A DNA stretch of 64,000 nt from Bispira polyomma. Its lineage: Eukaryota. This document shows positions 62,328 to 64,000 of the stretch, in pieces; the first letter of the stretch is position 1, and every line of letters begins with the position of its first letter. A model generated the notes under the pieces. The model ran no database searches. It was not told where the DNA came from and saw only the letters and a list, made by a program, of their open reading frames with translations. The DNA lies in NCBI GenBank assembly GCA_965649765.1, contig OZ287751.1:55986001-56050000 (forward strand), given 5' to 3'. The translations under genes were made by a program, and so were the position numbers.

Positions 62328-64000
62328 TTAGTCCAAGCCTGTTGTGGAAATGAAGATTGATAATATATGTTCCATCTTATTGGTCGTCAAGTGTTGACAA
62401 AGCAATTAACATTAATTTTCAGAGCCATCACTTGGTCACGTCCAATAACATAATGATACTTCTGTCAATTAAGTCACACAACTACATAAATATCACTAGA
62501 AAACACATATATAATAAACATCCTGCATATTTTTTCTTGAAACAAATCAAATAACATGTCAACATTATTAAGTTTTCTAAAAAGATGACCCGTCAACACT
62601 TAGGTTTTCTTAGACCATGCAAGGAGCTGCCAGAATTCCTTTTTATCAACTCGGCAGATATCTGACAGTGTATTTTAGAGTAAGATGAATCAATGAAGTC
62701 ATATCCCACAGGGTGGGAGGACTACTAATGACCCTGAAGTAATTTAAAGATAAAAACAGAGGAGCTCCCTCAATTAAGGGATTCATTCAGGTCACCAGTG
62801 TGACGTATTATTATCAGTTCAAAGTCTGGGTCTGGATGTGGCTTCCAATACGTTGGTAAATTAAGTTTTTTTTAATGTTTTTTTTGGGGGGATTGGGGGG
62901 GGGGGGGGGGGGTACGCAATACTAGAGATTACTCTCTAACACTAGAACTGAGACCAAAATTTATAGGGTTTTGGGTTGTTTTTTTTTATAGAGAGGGGGA
63001 GGATGCATATTTTTTACTTCTTGTGAGATAAGTAAATAAGCAGATTTTCAGTCACCCTGGCAATTGTCAGTTGTGCTGTCAGGAGAATACATATTTCAGC
63101 AATAATTTGAATAACAGAGCTCCGTCTATAACAGACACGTTTTCTAGTTATAATTAATATAGTTTTACCAATATTTAGCTGTTCTTTCAAGTATTCTTTC
63201 CTTACTGCAATCAATACTCTTAACTGATCATTGTTTGTCAATATGACAATAGCCAGACAGAACGTTATTAATCAATATTATTTATTCTGCATATTGTTCA
63301 CAGATTAACCAGACTATCTGACCTAGACAATTTAGTCTGCGAGTGTGATGGGCCTTACTGTGCGTGACTCCTTAAATTTAGATTCTATTATTCGACTTAA
63401 GAAGAGAAGATTAGTTTCTAATAGAGAATGTGTAAAAAGTATATAATAATGTAGCCCAAGGAAGTTGTCACTCAACCTTAGAATGGTTAATTATGTGACG
63501 TCGGCAAATAGCTTAACACAGACCAAATGTACCCGGAGTTTGTGCATATACAATGCTTTGTCTGTAACTTAGCAGACCCAAAGTTAATTTAATAATCACT
63601 TTACGCCTTAGCATTTACTATGGTCTGGGAACAGGGGCCGAGTTGGCCTACTGGTTAGCAAGTATTGCGCTTCACAATCACTGGTCTCTCACCTCTGGGA
63701 TCAGCTGGCGTGGGTACAACTCCTGTCGATGCCTATGTGGGAAAGGTGGTGGTTCCTCACTGTGGGCCGCTGGTTTCAGTGCGGAACCTTGATCAACTGT
63801 ATGCAGTGTTTCCTCCAGCGTTTCCAACTATCCATCCCAATATAACCTAAACAGGTACTAGAGTGGATGTTAAATATCCCAATTAAAAAAAAAAAAAGAA
63901 AAAAAAAAAACCAACAGGTTTCTAGTAAGTTCTGGAGATGGAGAAGCAACCCAAAGACCCATAGAAATGGTTTACACACAGCTTAAAAAAGAGCTAAATT
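62328..64000 (+). repeat. Non-coding duplication copy 2 (contains a SINE and other insertions)
   Basis: Colinear with 55684-56870. Confidence 0.9.
63634..63912 (+). mobile_element. Full-length tRNA-derived SINE with A-rich tail
   Basis: Head GGGGCCGAGTTGGCCTACTGGTTAG (A box), degenerate B box GGGTACAACTCC, A-rich tail, flanking AACAGG repeats; the empty site is visible in the paralogous block at ~56774. Confidence 0.85.

Noticed and set aside
63634-63725. tRNA gene
   Set aside because: A/B boxes are degenerate, there is no convincing cloverleaf, and it is followed by a SINE body, A-tail and TSD, with a second copy at 51019-51217.

Overview
AT-rich, intron-containing animal genomic DNA (invertebrate, probably lophotrochozoan; the species cannot be determined from the sequence). 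Four host genes are supported: the 3' part of a Spire actin nucleator (+, exons 1761-15772), an intronless multi-pass membrane protein of unknown family (-, 29529-30413), a C5orf22/UPF0489 homolog (+, 7 coding exons 35513-47695) and an AQP4-like aquaporin (-, 3 exons 50810-53905). The rest is dense with transposable elements: TA-, TTAA- and 8-bp-TSD MITEs, satellite-carrying Helentron-like elements, tRNA-type SINEs, truncated L2 LINEs and an I-group fragment. The standout is a near full-length CR1/Crack-group LINE (22650-~28495). Its intact ORF1 fuses the usual coiled-coil/RRM/CTD to a complete NADAR (YbiA-like N-glycosidase / guanine de-ADP-ribosylase family) domain, and its ORF2 starts with a 2A-like StopGo peptide. 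Other points of interest are a minisatellite built from the aquaporin stop-codon region and carrying DR1-like motifs, two paralogous-looking Spire exons, and a duplicated non-coding block upstream of the aquaporin. All family assignments come from motif recognition by eye; no database searches were run.
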